This document shows, piece by piece, positions 27,558 to 35,697 of a stretch of DNA of 64,000 bases. The DNA is from an uncultured Candidatus Saccharibacteria bacterium (lineage in GTDB: Bacteria; Patescibacteriota; Minisyncoccia; Phycocordibacterales; UBA2100), in NCBI GenBank assembly GCA_964424265.1, contig CAYRHX010000003.1:2269-66268 (forward strand), in the 5' to 3' direction. Within the stretch, counting starts at the first letter, position 1. Each line of letters opens with the position of its first letter. Below the pieces are notes generated by a model that had not been told where the DNA came from, did no database searches, and saw only the letters and a list, made by a program, of their open reading frames with translations. The position numbers and the translations under genes were made by a program.

Positions 27558-29024
27558 TTAGAAGCGAATTTCACTCATACGCTCCTTGATATCTATCGGG
27601 TACTCCCCGGTAAAACACGATGTGCAGAATTGGTCTTCAGGAATACCGGTAGCCTTGATCATGCCTTCGTAAGAGAGGAAGCGGAGAGACGTGGCGCCAA
27701 GATACGCCTGAATCTCCGGGACAGATTTTGTAGCAGCGATAAGATCGGTCTGCTTTGGCGTATCTATACCGTAAAAATCAGGAAATTTCACGGGCGGCGA
27801 TGCTACAAGGAAGTGCACCTCCTTTGCCCCCGCGTCGAAAAGCATGGTCACGATCTGACGCGAGGTTGTGCCCCGTACAATGGAATCATCAAATACAATG
27901 ACGCGCTTCCCCGCTACCACCCCAGGAATAGGTGTGAGCTTGGCCTTTACTCCTTGTTCCCTCACGTGCTGCTCGGGCGTGATGAATGTGCGGTGGATGT
28001 AACGATTCTTCGTGAGCCCCATCTCGAATGGAATCCCGAGAGTCTGAGCATACCCAATGGCCGAGGCAACCGCAGTCTCCGGTACGGGTATCACCACATC
28101 CGCCTTGATCGGATACTCGTGCGCAAGCTGGACGCCGAAATTGCGTCGGACTTGGTACACCGACTTACCCAGAATCTGACTATCGGGGCGGGCAAAATAC
28201 ACAAATTCAAAAATGTCGAGCTTTGGATCTGGTGTTGTGATCTGCTCACTGCGCATACCATCTTTATCTATGACCACCATCTCCCCTGCATTGATCTCAC
28301 GGATAAACGTGGCTCCTATGGGGCCATATGCGCATGTCTCAGAAGCGACGATGTATCCCCCATTCAACGATGCCACGGACAGAGGGCGAATGCCGCATCG
28401 ATCGCGAATCGCGACGAGCGAATCGCGGGACATGATGAGAATAGAAAATGCTCCGGTCATGAGCGGATATATATCTTTGATCGCCTGTGTAAGCTCGATG
28501 CCCTCGCGCATACGAGCGGCGATAGCTTCGACGATCATGCGAGAGTCGGAAAATTTCGATGTATCAATATTTCTTTTCTTCAAAAATGCCGCAAGCTCGT
28601 CTGTCGTAGGTAAATTTCCATTGTGAACAAGTGCTATCGCGCCGTCTTGCGGGACAGAGCAGAGAGAGACCGAATCATTGAGGCTCGGGTGTGGATCTTC
28701 GTACGACACTTCGTGAAGTGAAGATGCTCCCGCGGCGAGCATGGGCTGCGCGTGCTTCACATGCGAACCGCCGGTTGTCGAGTAACGATTGTGCCCGACG
28801 GCAATGTGACCTTTGAGGCTATTGATGAGATCGTCGTTGAAGACCTGCGAAACAAGCCCCATCCCTTTGTGAAGCGCGATCGTCTCGCCATTGGCTGTTG
28901 CAATACCAGCACTCTCCTGTCCGCGATGTTGCAGCGCAAAGAGACCAAAGAAAGAGAGGCGTGCGACTTCGAGACCAGATCCATAGACCCCGAAGACTGC
29001 ACACTTTTCGCCAAGGGTTGGCAT
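27558..29024 (-). CDS. purF: amidophosphoribosyltransferase
   Basis: Ntn glutamine amidotransferase N-terminus with a short propeptide and catalytic Cys (GEKCAVFGVYG), a PRTase domain, and conserved C-terminal Cys residues. Confidence 0.9.
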   Translation of the reverse strand: MPTLGEKCAVFGVYGSGLEVARLSFFGLFALQHRGQESAGIATANGETIALHKGMGLVSQVFNDDLINSLKGHIAVGHNRYSTTGGSHVKHAQPMLAAGASSLHEVSYEDPHPSLNDSVSLCSVPQDGAIALVHNGNLPTTDELAAFLKKRNIDTSKFSDSRMIVEAIAARMREGIELTQAIKDIYPLMTGAFSILIMSRDSLVAIRDRCGIRPLSVASLNGGYIVASETCAYGPIGATFIREINAGEMVVIDKDGMRSEQITTPDPKLDIFEFVYFARPDSQILGKSVYQVRRNFGVQLAHEYPIKADVVIPVPETAVASAIGYAQTLGIPFEMGLTKNRYIHRTFITPEQHVREQGVKAKLTPIPGVVAGKRVIVFDDSIVRGTTSRQIVTMLFDAGAKEVHFLVASPPVKFPDFYGIDTPKQTDLIAATKSVPEIQAYLGATSLRFLSYEGMIKATGIPEDQFCTSCFTGEYPIDIKERMSEIRF

Positions 29025-29098
29025 ATTCGAAGTGGAGATTATACATCAAATAGATACTTTCGGGAATGTGTCCAGTTTGAGTTGGGGAAATAAAAGCG

Positions 29099-29128
29099 AT
29101 GGGCGCGCACGAAATCATTCGTGCGCGC
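29099..29128 (-). terminator. strong GC hairpin (13-bp perfect stem) downstream of the kinase-GNAT gene
   Basis: gggcgcgcacgaa-atca-ttcgtgcgcgccc, followed on the minus strand by atcgcttttatttcccc. It lies between the kinase-GNAT stop (29135) and the purF start (29024). Confidence 0.6.
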
Positions 29129-29134
29129 CCGTGT

Positions 29135-30109
29135 CTAGGCCCCCCGAACAAAGAGCCAGCGTTCCCCCGCGACAGGAAAGGGGGGAATTTCTTGAAGAGC
29201 GGTCCTTGGGAGTCGATACCCAAGCCCGACCGTTGCGGCCCATGCCTCGATATCGGGCATGAGCGCTTTCGTGACCGGACGAAAGCCATGGTTGACCCCT
29301 GATATCATGACCGCTCTTTCGGAGGTGATCAGGAACAGGTTCCCCCCTTTGGGAGCAAGTGAGGTGGAGTCAGTCACAAGCTCGCTCAAGAGTCCGTTCC
29401 CCCGAAGCCTAGGATCGACCCAGATGGTTCCAATTTCCCACCAAAGCGGATCAGCAGTGCCCCAAAGAGCCGCAAACGCCTGAATAGTTCGATGACCAAC
29501 CAATTCGGGCGTTTCGCGAATGATCGCCCGGCCGGAGTGAAACTGACTCGAAAGAAGTCGCGGGTCCAATCGCGCATTATTATAGATCCCGACTTTTTTT
29601 AGGGTCTCCGATAAGGCAGCCCATTTCCTCTTCTTCGGCTCATCTGGAAACCCGACAACTTCGACTTTTGGATATTTTTCGAAGTCATTTTTTTTTCGCT
29701 CCTTTCTGCTTTCCAAAGTCAAAACGTATATTGCGTCGTAACCCAGGTAAGCAGTGAGCACGAAGGTGTCGCCGTTGACATGGCAGAGCACCGAACCCAC
29801 GTCGAGAACGGGCACGATGACCGTCGCCGTTATCCCCTCGACGGCGAGGCGGTCCTGTATTTCAGCCTGATTGATCTCCAGCACGTCACGGGCCAGCTGG
29901 CGGCCCTCGAACGAGCCGATCTCACGACCGAGTGGTCCAAACGTAAACGGAATACCCCGCTCGTTGAACAGCTCGCTAATCCGTGTGCCACCCCCCGTGC
30001 ATATCACGACGAAATATTTTTGGGAAAGCGCGCGTATCCATTCGATAACGTCTGGCCTCAGATCGGCCAGGTCCCCCGTCATTTTGACGAGCGCAGTTTT
30101 ACGAGCCAT
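29135..30109 (-). CDS. fusion protein with an N-terminal amino-acid-kinase-fold domain and a C-terminal GNAT acetyltransferase domain (ArgA / N-acetylglutamate-synthase-like architecture)
   Basis: N-terminal AAK motifs (ALVKMTGD; FVVICTGGGT; NGDTFVLTAYLGYDAIYVLT) and a C-terminal GNAT motif A (IGTIWVDPRLRGNGLLSELV). Start placed at ATG 30109, which has a perfect AGGAGG SD 5 nt upstream; the ORF-track start 30136 has none. Confidence 0.55.
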   Translation of the reverse strand: MARKTALVKMTGDLADLRPDVIEWIRALSQKYFVVICTGGGTRISELFNERGIPFTFGPLGREIGSFEGRQLARDVLEINQAEIQDRLAVEGITATVIVPVLDVGSVLCHVNGDTFVLTAYLGYDAIYVLTLESRKERKKNDFEKYPKVEVVGFPDEPKKRKWAALSETLKKVGIYNNARLDPRLLSSQFHSGRAIIRETPELVGHRTIQAFAALWGTADPLWWEIGTIWVDPRLRGNGLLSELVTDSTSLAPKGGNLFLITSERAVMISGVNHGFRPVTKALMPDIEAWAATVGLGYRLPRTALQEIPPFPVAGERWLFVRGA

Positions 30110-30171
30110 GACAGCCTCCTTGTTGTGAAAGAACATATCGCCAGATACATCCTTTCGGTTGTATTAACGAA

Positions 30172-30196
30172 AAACGGCCCCCATTTGAGGCCGTTT
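30172..30196 (-). promoter_or_regulatory. leader terminator hairpin of a putative attenuator/riboswitch in the 5' UTR of the kinase-GNAT gene
   Basis: On the minus strand: aaacggcc-tcaaatggg-ggccgttt, followed by ttcgtt. It lies 63 nt upstream of the ATG and downstream of promoter 30287-30314. The upstream leader segment (plus 30224-30240) is complementary over 17 bp (15 WC + 2 GU) to the hairpin's 5' arm plus loop, which could act as an anti-terminator. Confidence 0.45.
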
Positions 30197-30286
30197 GGAA
30201 GATTCGTGCATACAAATACTCTAAACAGCCTCAAATGAGTCTGTTCGTCGTCGCTGAATATTGGAAATCGCTGACTGCATGTCAGC

Positions 30287-30314
30287 TTTATATCACATAC
30301 GCATTTTCCTGCAA
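30287..30314 (-). promoter_or_regulatory. sigma70-like promoter TTGCAG-16-TATAAA for the kinase-GNAT gene, with a palindrome at the predicted +1
   Basis: On the minus strand: ttgcag gaaaatgcgtatgtga tataaa, followed immediately by the 17-bp palindrome gctgacatgcagtcagc (plus 30270-30286). Confidence 0.35.
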
Positions 30315-30330
30315 CAAAGAAAAAAGAAAT

Positions 30331-30358
30331 GCGGGCGTGCCATGGTAGGCACGCCCGC
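30331..30358 (-). terminator. rho-independent terminator of hisG
   Basis: gcgggcgtgcc-atggta-ggcacgcccgc with an 11-bp GC stem, followed on the minus strand by atttcttttttctttg. It is 16 nt downstream of the hisG stop. Confidence 0.75.
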
Positions 30359-30373
30359 GAGAGACCGACTTGT

Positions 30374-31285
30374 TTACACGATCGAGGAGTGATCAAACTC
30401 GACGATGCCCTCGGCTCCAAGCAGCATCAGCTGCTGCTTAAGCCGATTGATCCCCTCCGTGGGGACTACCGATGAGATCGCGCAGAATCCTTCCTCAGCT
30501 AGCGGCTGGATTGTCGGGCTCTTGAGAGACGGGAGGATTTTTTTGATCTCCTCCACCCTCATGACAGGCGCGTTCATAGTGATATACACCTTGCCGCGCG
30601 CTTCGACCACGCCCGTCAAGATTTTTGCCAAGAACTCGGCTTGAGCTTTTCGCTCAAGGTTTTGCATCGCTTCTTTATTCGCGATCAAAACGGTTTTTGA
30701 CGTGAATATCTCTGCGATCTCCCCGAGATTATTCGCCCTGAGGCTTGTCCCCGTCTCCACCAACGCGACCCCAAAAAAATACCTACTCATCGTTACTAAG
30801 GCCTCCGCCCCGCCGGTACATGGAATCACCGCTGCGTTGACTCCACGCTCCTTCAGAAATGCCTCAGTTGCCCGGGGGTATTCTGAGATTATTTCCGGCA
30901 CGTAATCCTGATATTCCGGCTCGGGCTTCGCGAAGAAATCGCCATCATGTTCTCCGCGACCGAAGAGGACGCAGCGCGTCGCCCCATTCGTCTGCCGGCT
31001 GTATGCCAGCGTCGCCAAAGTAACGACATCGGCACCGCTCTCGATGACCGTGTCCTCGCCGGTCAAGGCAAGAGGGATCGTTCCTTCGGCCACCAGGGTC
31101 GGGATCTGACTGGGCTTGAGGAAAACGGCCCGAGCTATTGACCGGAATCCCTCTACCCGCGCGATGCATTCGCGCGGATGTCCGCGGCGCACAGCGATGT
31201 GCGCCTGACGCAGAAGCTCGAGAGTTGGTTCCTCGAGACTTTTTCCCGAAGGAAGAGCGAAGGGGATCAGCTGCGAATCAGTCAT
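30374..31285 (-). CDS. hisG: ATP phosphoribosyltransferase, long form with C-terminal regulatory domain
   Basis: N-terminus LIPFALPSGKSLEEPTLELLRQAHIAV matches HisG (LRIALPKGRL-E-TLELL--AGI). The HisG long-form regulatory C-terminus is present (GKVYITMNAPVMRVEEIKKILPSLKSPTIQPL...). Good SD (GGAG) before the ATG. No other his genes are in the window. Confidence 0.85.
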   Translation of the reverse strand: MTDSQLIPFALPSGKSLEEPTLELLRQAHIAVRRGHPRECIARVEGFRSIARAVFLKPSQIPTLVAEGTIPLALTGEDTVIESGADVVTLATLAYSRQTNGATRCVLFGRGEHDGDFFAKPEPEYQDYVPEIISEYPRATEAFLKERGVNAAVIPCTGGAEALVTMSRYFFGVALVETGTSLRANNLGEIAEIFTSKTVLIANKEAMQNLERKAQAEFLAKILTGVVEARGKVYITMNAPVMRVEEIKKILPSLKSPTIQPLAEEGFCAISSVVPTEGINRLKQQLMLLGAEGIVEFDHSSIV

Positions 31286-31352
31286 TTTGCGTCTCCATAA
31301 AGATCATCATCACTCTACCCCGCTGCACCACGCAGACGGGTGTAAAAGCAAA

Positions 31353-31371
31353 GCGGGCCTCGAAGGCCCGC
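31353..31371 (-). terminator. hairpin plus U-tract: terminator of the DUF1003 gene and/or attenuator terminator preceding hisG
   Basis: On the minus strand: gcgggcc-ttcga-ggcccgc followed by ttttgctttta. It lies 68 nt upstream of the hisG ATG. A second hairpin (ataccggc-ttcacctcgaag-gccggtat, plus 31408-31435) lies just upstream. The loop plus 3' arm of that hairpin can pair over 11 bp (cctcgaaggcc / ggccttcgagg) with the 5' arm plus loop of this one. Confidence 0.6.
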
Positions 31372-31394
31372 CTTTGACATCCGTGTTTTGAAAA

Positions 31395-31463
31395 TTAGGA
31401 ATGGCAAATACCGGCCTTCGAGGTGAAGCCGGTATGATGCTGTATGTTTGCCACAAAACTCAT
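31395..31463 (-). CDS. candidate his leader peptide (22 codons, MSFVANIQHHTGFTSKAGICHS) overlapping attenuator hairpin 1
   Basis: ATG at 31463, with tandem His codons cat-cat at 31439-31434 directly abutting the 5' arm of the first hairpin. The stop TAA is 10 nt past that hairpin. There is no SD, and the promoter at 31472-31500 would make this a leaderless mRNA. Confidence 0.25.
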   Translation of the reverse strand: MSFVANIQHHTGFTSKAGICHS

Positions 31464-31471
31464 GTTTGTAC

Positions 31472-31500
31472 TGTATACCATACGATCTATTTTTCTTCAA
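31472..31500 (-). promoter_or_regulatory. sigma70-like promoter TTGAAG-17-TATACA reading toward hisG
   Basis: On the minus strand: ttgaag aaaaatagatcgtatgg tataca gtacaaacATG. The -35 overlaps the last codons of the DUF1003 gene. The predicted start is about 2-5 nt before the leader-peptide ATG. Confidence 0.35.
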
Positions 31501-31870
31501 GAATCCTCAGGATTTTGTTGAGTTTTTCGTTTTCGATGCGAGCAAGTTGTGTTTGGAGTTGCTCTATCTCCTCCTTCGCCCTCAGATTGGTCTCGTAATC
31601 AGCCTGTGCCTGGTGCCTGTCGCGAGCAGACTGACGATTTTGCGCCATCATGATTAATGTCGAGAGCAGAATAGCTTCAAGACTCACTGCCATCGTCAAA
31701 AGCGCGTATGGGAACGGTTCGACTGGAAGGAGTATCCAGAGCGCGAACCAAACGACATGAACGTATACGAAAGCCCATGAACCTACCGACCCGGCGATTT
31801 TATCCGCAATAGCATCTCCCGCTGATCGAGCCTCTCTGTACCTATCGTGCCATGTTTTGTTGTTGTCCAT
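31487..31870 (-). CDS. DUF1003-like small membrane protein
   Basis: 127 aa with two central TM helices (WAFVYVHVVWFALWILL...ALLTMAVSLEAILLSTLIMM) flanked by charged coiled segments, a pattern typical of the DUF1003 family. Confidence 0.55.
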   Translation of the reverse strand: MDNNKTWHDRYREARSAGDAIADKIAGSVGSWAFVYVHVVWFALWILLPVEPFPYALLTMAVSLEAILLSTLIMMAQNRQSARDRHQAQADYETNLRAKEEIEQLQTQLARIENEKLNKILRILEEK

Positions 31871-31892
31871 ACCCCCTCAGTATAACCGTTTT

Positions 31893-32846
31893 TTAGCTGC
31901 CCTTACCGTGCTTCAACGCAGAGCTTTGTTCACCAAGCTTTTTGACACTATGTCCGCCAAATTGATTACGGAGCATAGCAACGAGCTTACCCGTGTAGCT
32001 CGGAGCCTTCTTTGATGCCACGCGAAATTTGAAGGCGTCTTCAATCACCCTGGCTGAAATGCCCATTTTTTTCGCTGTTTTTATGGTCCACTCGGCCTCG
32101 CCTGTGTGACCCACCGCCCCAGACACTGCCTTCAGATCTTGACCGTGCTCTTCAAATCCATTCTTCATCCATCCCACAAGACGAGATTCGATGACGCTTT
32201 TATGGTTATAAATATCGGCGACGCGTGCGAGATCAAGCTTGAACTTAGATTTCTTCAAAATGGCAAAACCCTCGGCTAGCGCCTGCATCATTCCGTACTC
32301 TATTCCGTTGTGGACCATCTTCACAAAATGTCCGGCGCCTGCTCCTGTGAAGAATTGGTAGCCGTTGCTGACCGCCAAATCTTTAAAGAGGGGCTCATAC
32401 ACCCGAAAAGACGATTCATCGCCGCCGATCATAAGGCAGCCACCGTACAGTGCGCCGGCTGGTCCTCCCGAAAAGCCGACGTCGATATATTTGATTCCGA
32501 GCTTCTTGATTTTTTTTGCACGTGCGATCGAATCTTCAAAAAATGAATTTCCGCCATCGATAATCACATCGCCCTTTTCGAGGCTCTGTGTGATGCCCTC
32601 TTTTCCAAACAGCACGTCATCTATCACCTTGCCCGCAGGTACCATGAGCCACACGAGCCGCGGGGTTTCGAGCTGACTTATGAGTATTGAGGGGGTCATG
32701 GCTTCGTGCATGCCTTCGTCGCCCAGCTTTTGCATCACAGGCTCCGAAGCGTCATATCCGTGCACCTTCCATCCCTTCCGCATCAAATTACGAGCAATGT
32801 TGCCACCCATCTTTCCAAGACCAATGACTCCGATTTCTTTTTTCAT
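31893..32846 (-). CDS. gnd: 6-phosphogluconate dehydrogenase, decarboxylating (short YqeC-like form)
   Basis: N-terminal Rossmann motif (IGVIGLGKMGGNIARNL) and conserved GGNSFFEDS and GAGHFVKMVHNGIEYG. Start placed at ATG 32846 (MKKEIGVIG); the ORF-track GTG at 32855 is also possible. Confidence 0.85.
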   Translation of the reverse strand: MKKEIGVIGLGKMGGNIARNLMRKGWKVHGYDASEPVMQKLGDEGMHEAMTPSILISQLETPRLVWLMVPAGKVIDDVLFGKEGITQSLEKGDVIIDGGNSFFEDSIARAKKIKKLGIKYIDVGFSGGPAGALYGGCLMIGGDESSFRVYEPLFKDLAVSNGYQFFTGAGAGHFVKMVHNGIEYGMMQALAEGFAILKKSKFKLDLARVADIYNHKSVIESRLVGWMKNGFEEHGQDLKAVSGAVGHTGEAEWTIKTAKKMGISARVIEDAFKFRVASKKAPSYTGKLVAMLRNQFGGHSVKKLGEQSSALKHGKGS

Positions 32847-32851
32847 GATAT

Positions 32852-34279
32852 TCACGCAGCAAGAATTTCTTTGGTACCAGGCTTGTACGTTTGCAGCACT
32901 GTAACATTCCTCTTCCAGGCGTCCAAAATAGGATCAGTAAAGCGCCACATCGCACGGATCTCCTCGGTACCGATAAAGAGCGTCTGATCTCCTCGTATGC
33001 AGTCGAGCAGAAGCTTTGCATACTCCTCCACATACGGCACATGGGTCGATTGTTCGCGCAACATATAGTGAAACTCCCGCCGCTCTGTCGCGAAAGTGAA
33101 GCCTGCACTCTTTGACCAAAATTCGATCAATATCTCCTCGCGAGGTTCCATGCGGAAAATCACTTCATTTTTATGATGCGGACCATTCTGCGGACACAAG
33201 CACGGCATAGGATGTTTGAATGTGACCACAATCTCTTTGAGAGGCTCTCCCAGGCGCTTACCACTTTCCATCACAATACTCACACCCTTCCACTCTGGCG
33301 CAGAAAGTGAAGCCTGTACCTTGAAGTACGTCTCCGTTTCAGAATCTGGCGTAACTCCAGCGATCTCGCGAAATCCTGCATATTGCGCACGAACGGTCGA
33401 TTTCTGTATTTCCTCATCAGTAAGCACATTGAGAGACTCGAGAATCTTGGTGCGCTTCCTTTGGATAGCAGACGCATCAAAACTCTCGGGATGCTCCATC
33501 GTAACGAGCGCGAGCATCTGAAGGAGATGGTTCTGTCCCACATCGCGAAGCGCCCCGACGCCATCATAAAACGATCCGCGTTTCTCTACCCCGATTTTCT
33601 CAAGTACCCTGATGTGAATGCTTTCAATAAGCTTGTTGCCCCACGCCATCTCAAAAAGGTTGTTGGAAAAACGGAACGTTAGGATATTTTGAAGCATCTC
33701 CTTCGCGAGATAATGATCAATACGGTATATCTGATCTTCCTCAAAGAGCTTCCCCAAAAGCTCGTCTATCTGCTTTGCCGTGTTCAAATCTACTCCAAAA
33801 GGCTTCTCCACAATCACGTGCGTCCACCCCTCGCCAGGCGCGCAGACGCCCGTAAGCCCAGAGTGAGCCAACTCCTGCAATATGGTTTCGTAGAAATCTG
33901 GAGCCACAGAGAGATAAAAAAGCTTATTCGAGCACACGCCCCACTCTGCGTCGCGCTGATCAAAAGTCTTCTTCAATTGCATGTAACTCTCTTTGTCTTC
34001 AAATGTCCCTCTTTGAAACTCAAAAACGCTGAGAAAGGGGCCGATCTTGTCTTCCGCGATCTTTTCTCCCGCATGCTCTTCAAGCACCTCGCGGACGTAC
34101 ACACGAAATTCCAAATCGCTCCATTCTCTGCGCGAAAACCCGATGACACGAAACATCTGCGGCAATTCGTTGTGCTTGTACGCGTAAAACAGTGCGGGGA
34201 GGACTTTGCGCCGCATCAAATCTCCCGTTGCCCCGAAAGCCACGAAAATCGTCGGAATGTTTCGCGCCGGGGCGATCAT
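32852..34279 (-). CDS. zwf: glucose-6-phosphate dehydrogenase
   Basis: Nucleotide-binding motif GATGDLMRRKVLPALF and G6PD active-site motif RIDHYLAKE. Confidence 0.9.
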   Translation of the reverse strand: MIAPARNIPTIFVAFGATGDLMRRKVLPALFYAYKHNELPQMFRVIGFSRREWSDLEFRVYVREVLEEHAGEKIAEDKIGPFLSVFEFQRGTFEDKESYMQLKKTFDQRDAEWGVCSNKLFYLSVAPDFYETILQELAHSGLTGVCAPGEGWTHVIVEKPFGVDLNTAKQIDELLGKLFEEDQIYRIDHYLAKEMLQNILTFRFSNNLFEMAWGNKLIESIHIRVLEKIGVEKRGSFYDGVGALRDVGQNHLLQMLALVTMEHPESFDASAIQRKRTKILESLNVLTDEEIQKSTVRAQYAGFREIAGVTPDSETETYFKVQASLSAPEWKGVSIVMESGKRLGEPLKEIVVTFKHPMPCLCPQNGPHHKNEVIFRMEPREEILIEFWSKSAGFTFATERREFHYMLREQSTHVPYVEEYAKLLLDCIRGDQTLFIGTEEIRAMWRFTDPILDAWKRNVTVLQTYKPGTKEILAA

Positions 34280-34374
34280 GCGGCCATTATATACCCCAAA
34301 ATGAGATCGAGAGTAACTCGGGAAGTTGAAGTGTCATCATTGAAAAAAGTGGGCGCGCCTGTACACTTGCGAAT

Positions 34375-35694
34375 ATGGCAAAAAAATACTATGGATCGCA
34401 GACGGAAAAAGCTCTTAACAACTTCCCTTTTTCGTTCCGCCAAACACCCAGGAATTTTATCTACGCAATCGCTGAGATAAAAAAAGCTGCGGCACTTGCA
34501 CACAGCGAAGTTGGGGAGCTTGATTCTACGCGCGCAAAAGCCATTGCTCGCGCATGCGAAGAGCTGCTCGATGGGAAATTTGATGATCAATTCCTCCTCC
34601 CTGCGTTTCAAGGAGGCGCAGGCACATCTAATCACATGAACGTGAATGAAGTGGTGGGCAATCGTGCAACCGAAATCATTAAAGAGGGCGGCAAAGAGAT
34701 GCGCGTGCACGGCAACGACCACGTCAATATGTCACACTCAACCAACGACGTTATGCCCTCGGCACTTAAGATCGTCGCGGTGCGACTCGCGGGCAGCGTC
34801 CTCGCCTCACTCGACGGAATGATTGCGGCTTTTGAAAAGAAATCAAAAGAGTTTGCACACATTTACAAGCTCGGCCGCACACATATGCAAGATGCCGTGC
34901 CAACTACACTGGGCGCAGAAATGGCCTCGTACGCAGAAGCCCTCAGGCGCGGGAGGAAACGCCTCGCAGGAGCGCGAGAGCAGTTACTTGAGCTGAATCT
35001 CGGCGGTAGTGCGATTGGCAACGCAATCAACGCATCTCCAAAATATCGCACGAAACTCTACCAGCAATTGCAGAAAGTCACGAAGCTCAAGGTCTACCAG
35101 GCAAAAAACATGATGTCGCAAACCGGGAGCAACACCGATTTCGTGTTTCTCTCTGAAACACTTACAGGAATCGGCGTTGACTTGTCGAAAATCGCAGGTG
35201 ACTTCCGTATTTTGAGCAGCGGCCCTAAGGGCGGATTTGCCGAACTCATCTTGCCTGAGCTTCAGCCGGGATCCTCGATCATGCCTGGCAAGGTGAATCC
35301 CGTCATGCCCGAAGCCTTGAGCCAGCTGTACTACTTACTCTCAGGCAACAACCTCACGATAGAGCACGCAGCGCACGGTGCGCAGCTTGAGCTTGGGGTC
35401 ATGATGCCCATTATCACCGACCGCCTCATCGAATCGCTCACCCTCGCTCATGAAATGATAGGGCAATTTACCGAGAAATGTATTAAAGGATTGAAAGCCA
35501 ACGAAACACAGATCAAAGCGCATCTAGAAAACTCAACCGCCTATTCCACCCTTGTCTCCCCCGTCATCGGCTACGATGCGGCCGCGCAAGCGGTGAAAGA
35601 TGCCCTCGCGCAGGGCAAAACATTCCGCGAGGTCGTACTCGAAAAAAAGCTACTCTCCGAAAAACAATTCGACAAAATCGTCCGGGAGTTCTAG
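34375..35694 (+). CDS. aspartate ammonia-lyase / class II fumarase family lyase, aspartase-like
   Basis: GSSIMPGKVNPV signature loop. QGGAGTSNHMNVNEV and NDHVNMSHSTND resemble aspartase (QGGAGTS) more than fumarase C (QTGSGTQ). Confidence 0.85.
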   Translation: MAKKYYGSQTEKALNNFPFSFRQTPRNFIYAIAEIKKAAALAHSEVGELDSTRAKAIARACEELLDGKFDDQFLLPAFQGGAGTSNHMNVNEVVGNRATEIIKEGGKEMRVHGNDHVNMSHSTNDVMPSALKIVAVRLAGSVLASLDGMIAAFEKKSKEFAHIYKLGRTHMQDAVPTTLGAEMASYAEALRRGRKRLAGAREQLLELNLGGSAIGNAINASPKYRTKLYQQLQKVTKLKVYQAKNMMSQTGSNTDFVFLSETLTGIGVDLSKIAGDFRILSSGPKGGFAELILPELQPGSSIMPGKVNPVMPEALSQLYYLLSGNNLTIEHAAHGAQLELGVMMPIITDRLIESLTLAHEMIGQFTEKCIKGLKANETQIKAHLENSTAYSTLVSPVIGYDAAAQAVKDALAQGKTFREVVLEKKLLSEKQFDKIVREF

Positions 35695-35697
35695 GGA

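Noticed and set aside
27630-28613. 327-aa plus-strand ORF and the overlapping 137-aa ORF at 28213-28626
   Set aside because: Both are antisense to purF. Their translations have no motifs, and the sense-strand purF call is unambiguous.
31286-31343. Possible independent promoter for hisG between the U-tract terminator and the hisG SD
   Set aside because: No acceptable -35/-10 pair is present (the best spacing is 24 nt). The upstream promoter at 31472-31500 with read-through or attenuation is the more parsimonious explanation.
33689-34480. 263-aa plus-strand ORF
   Set aside because: It is antisense to zwf and extends into the zwf-aspA intergenic region. It has no domain signature. zwf is strongly supported.
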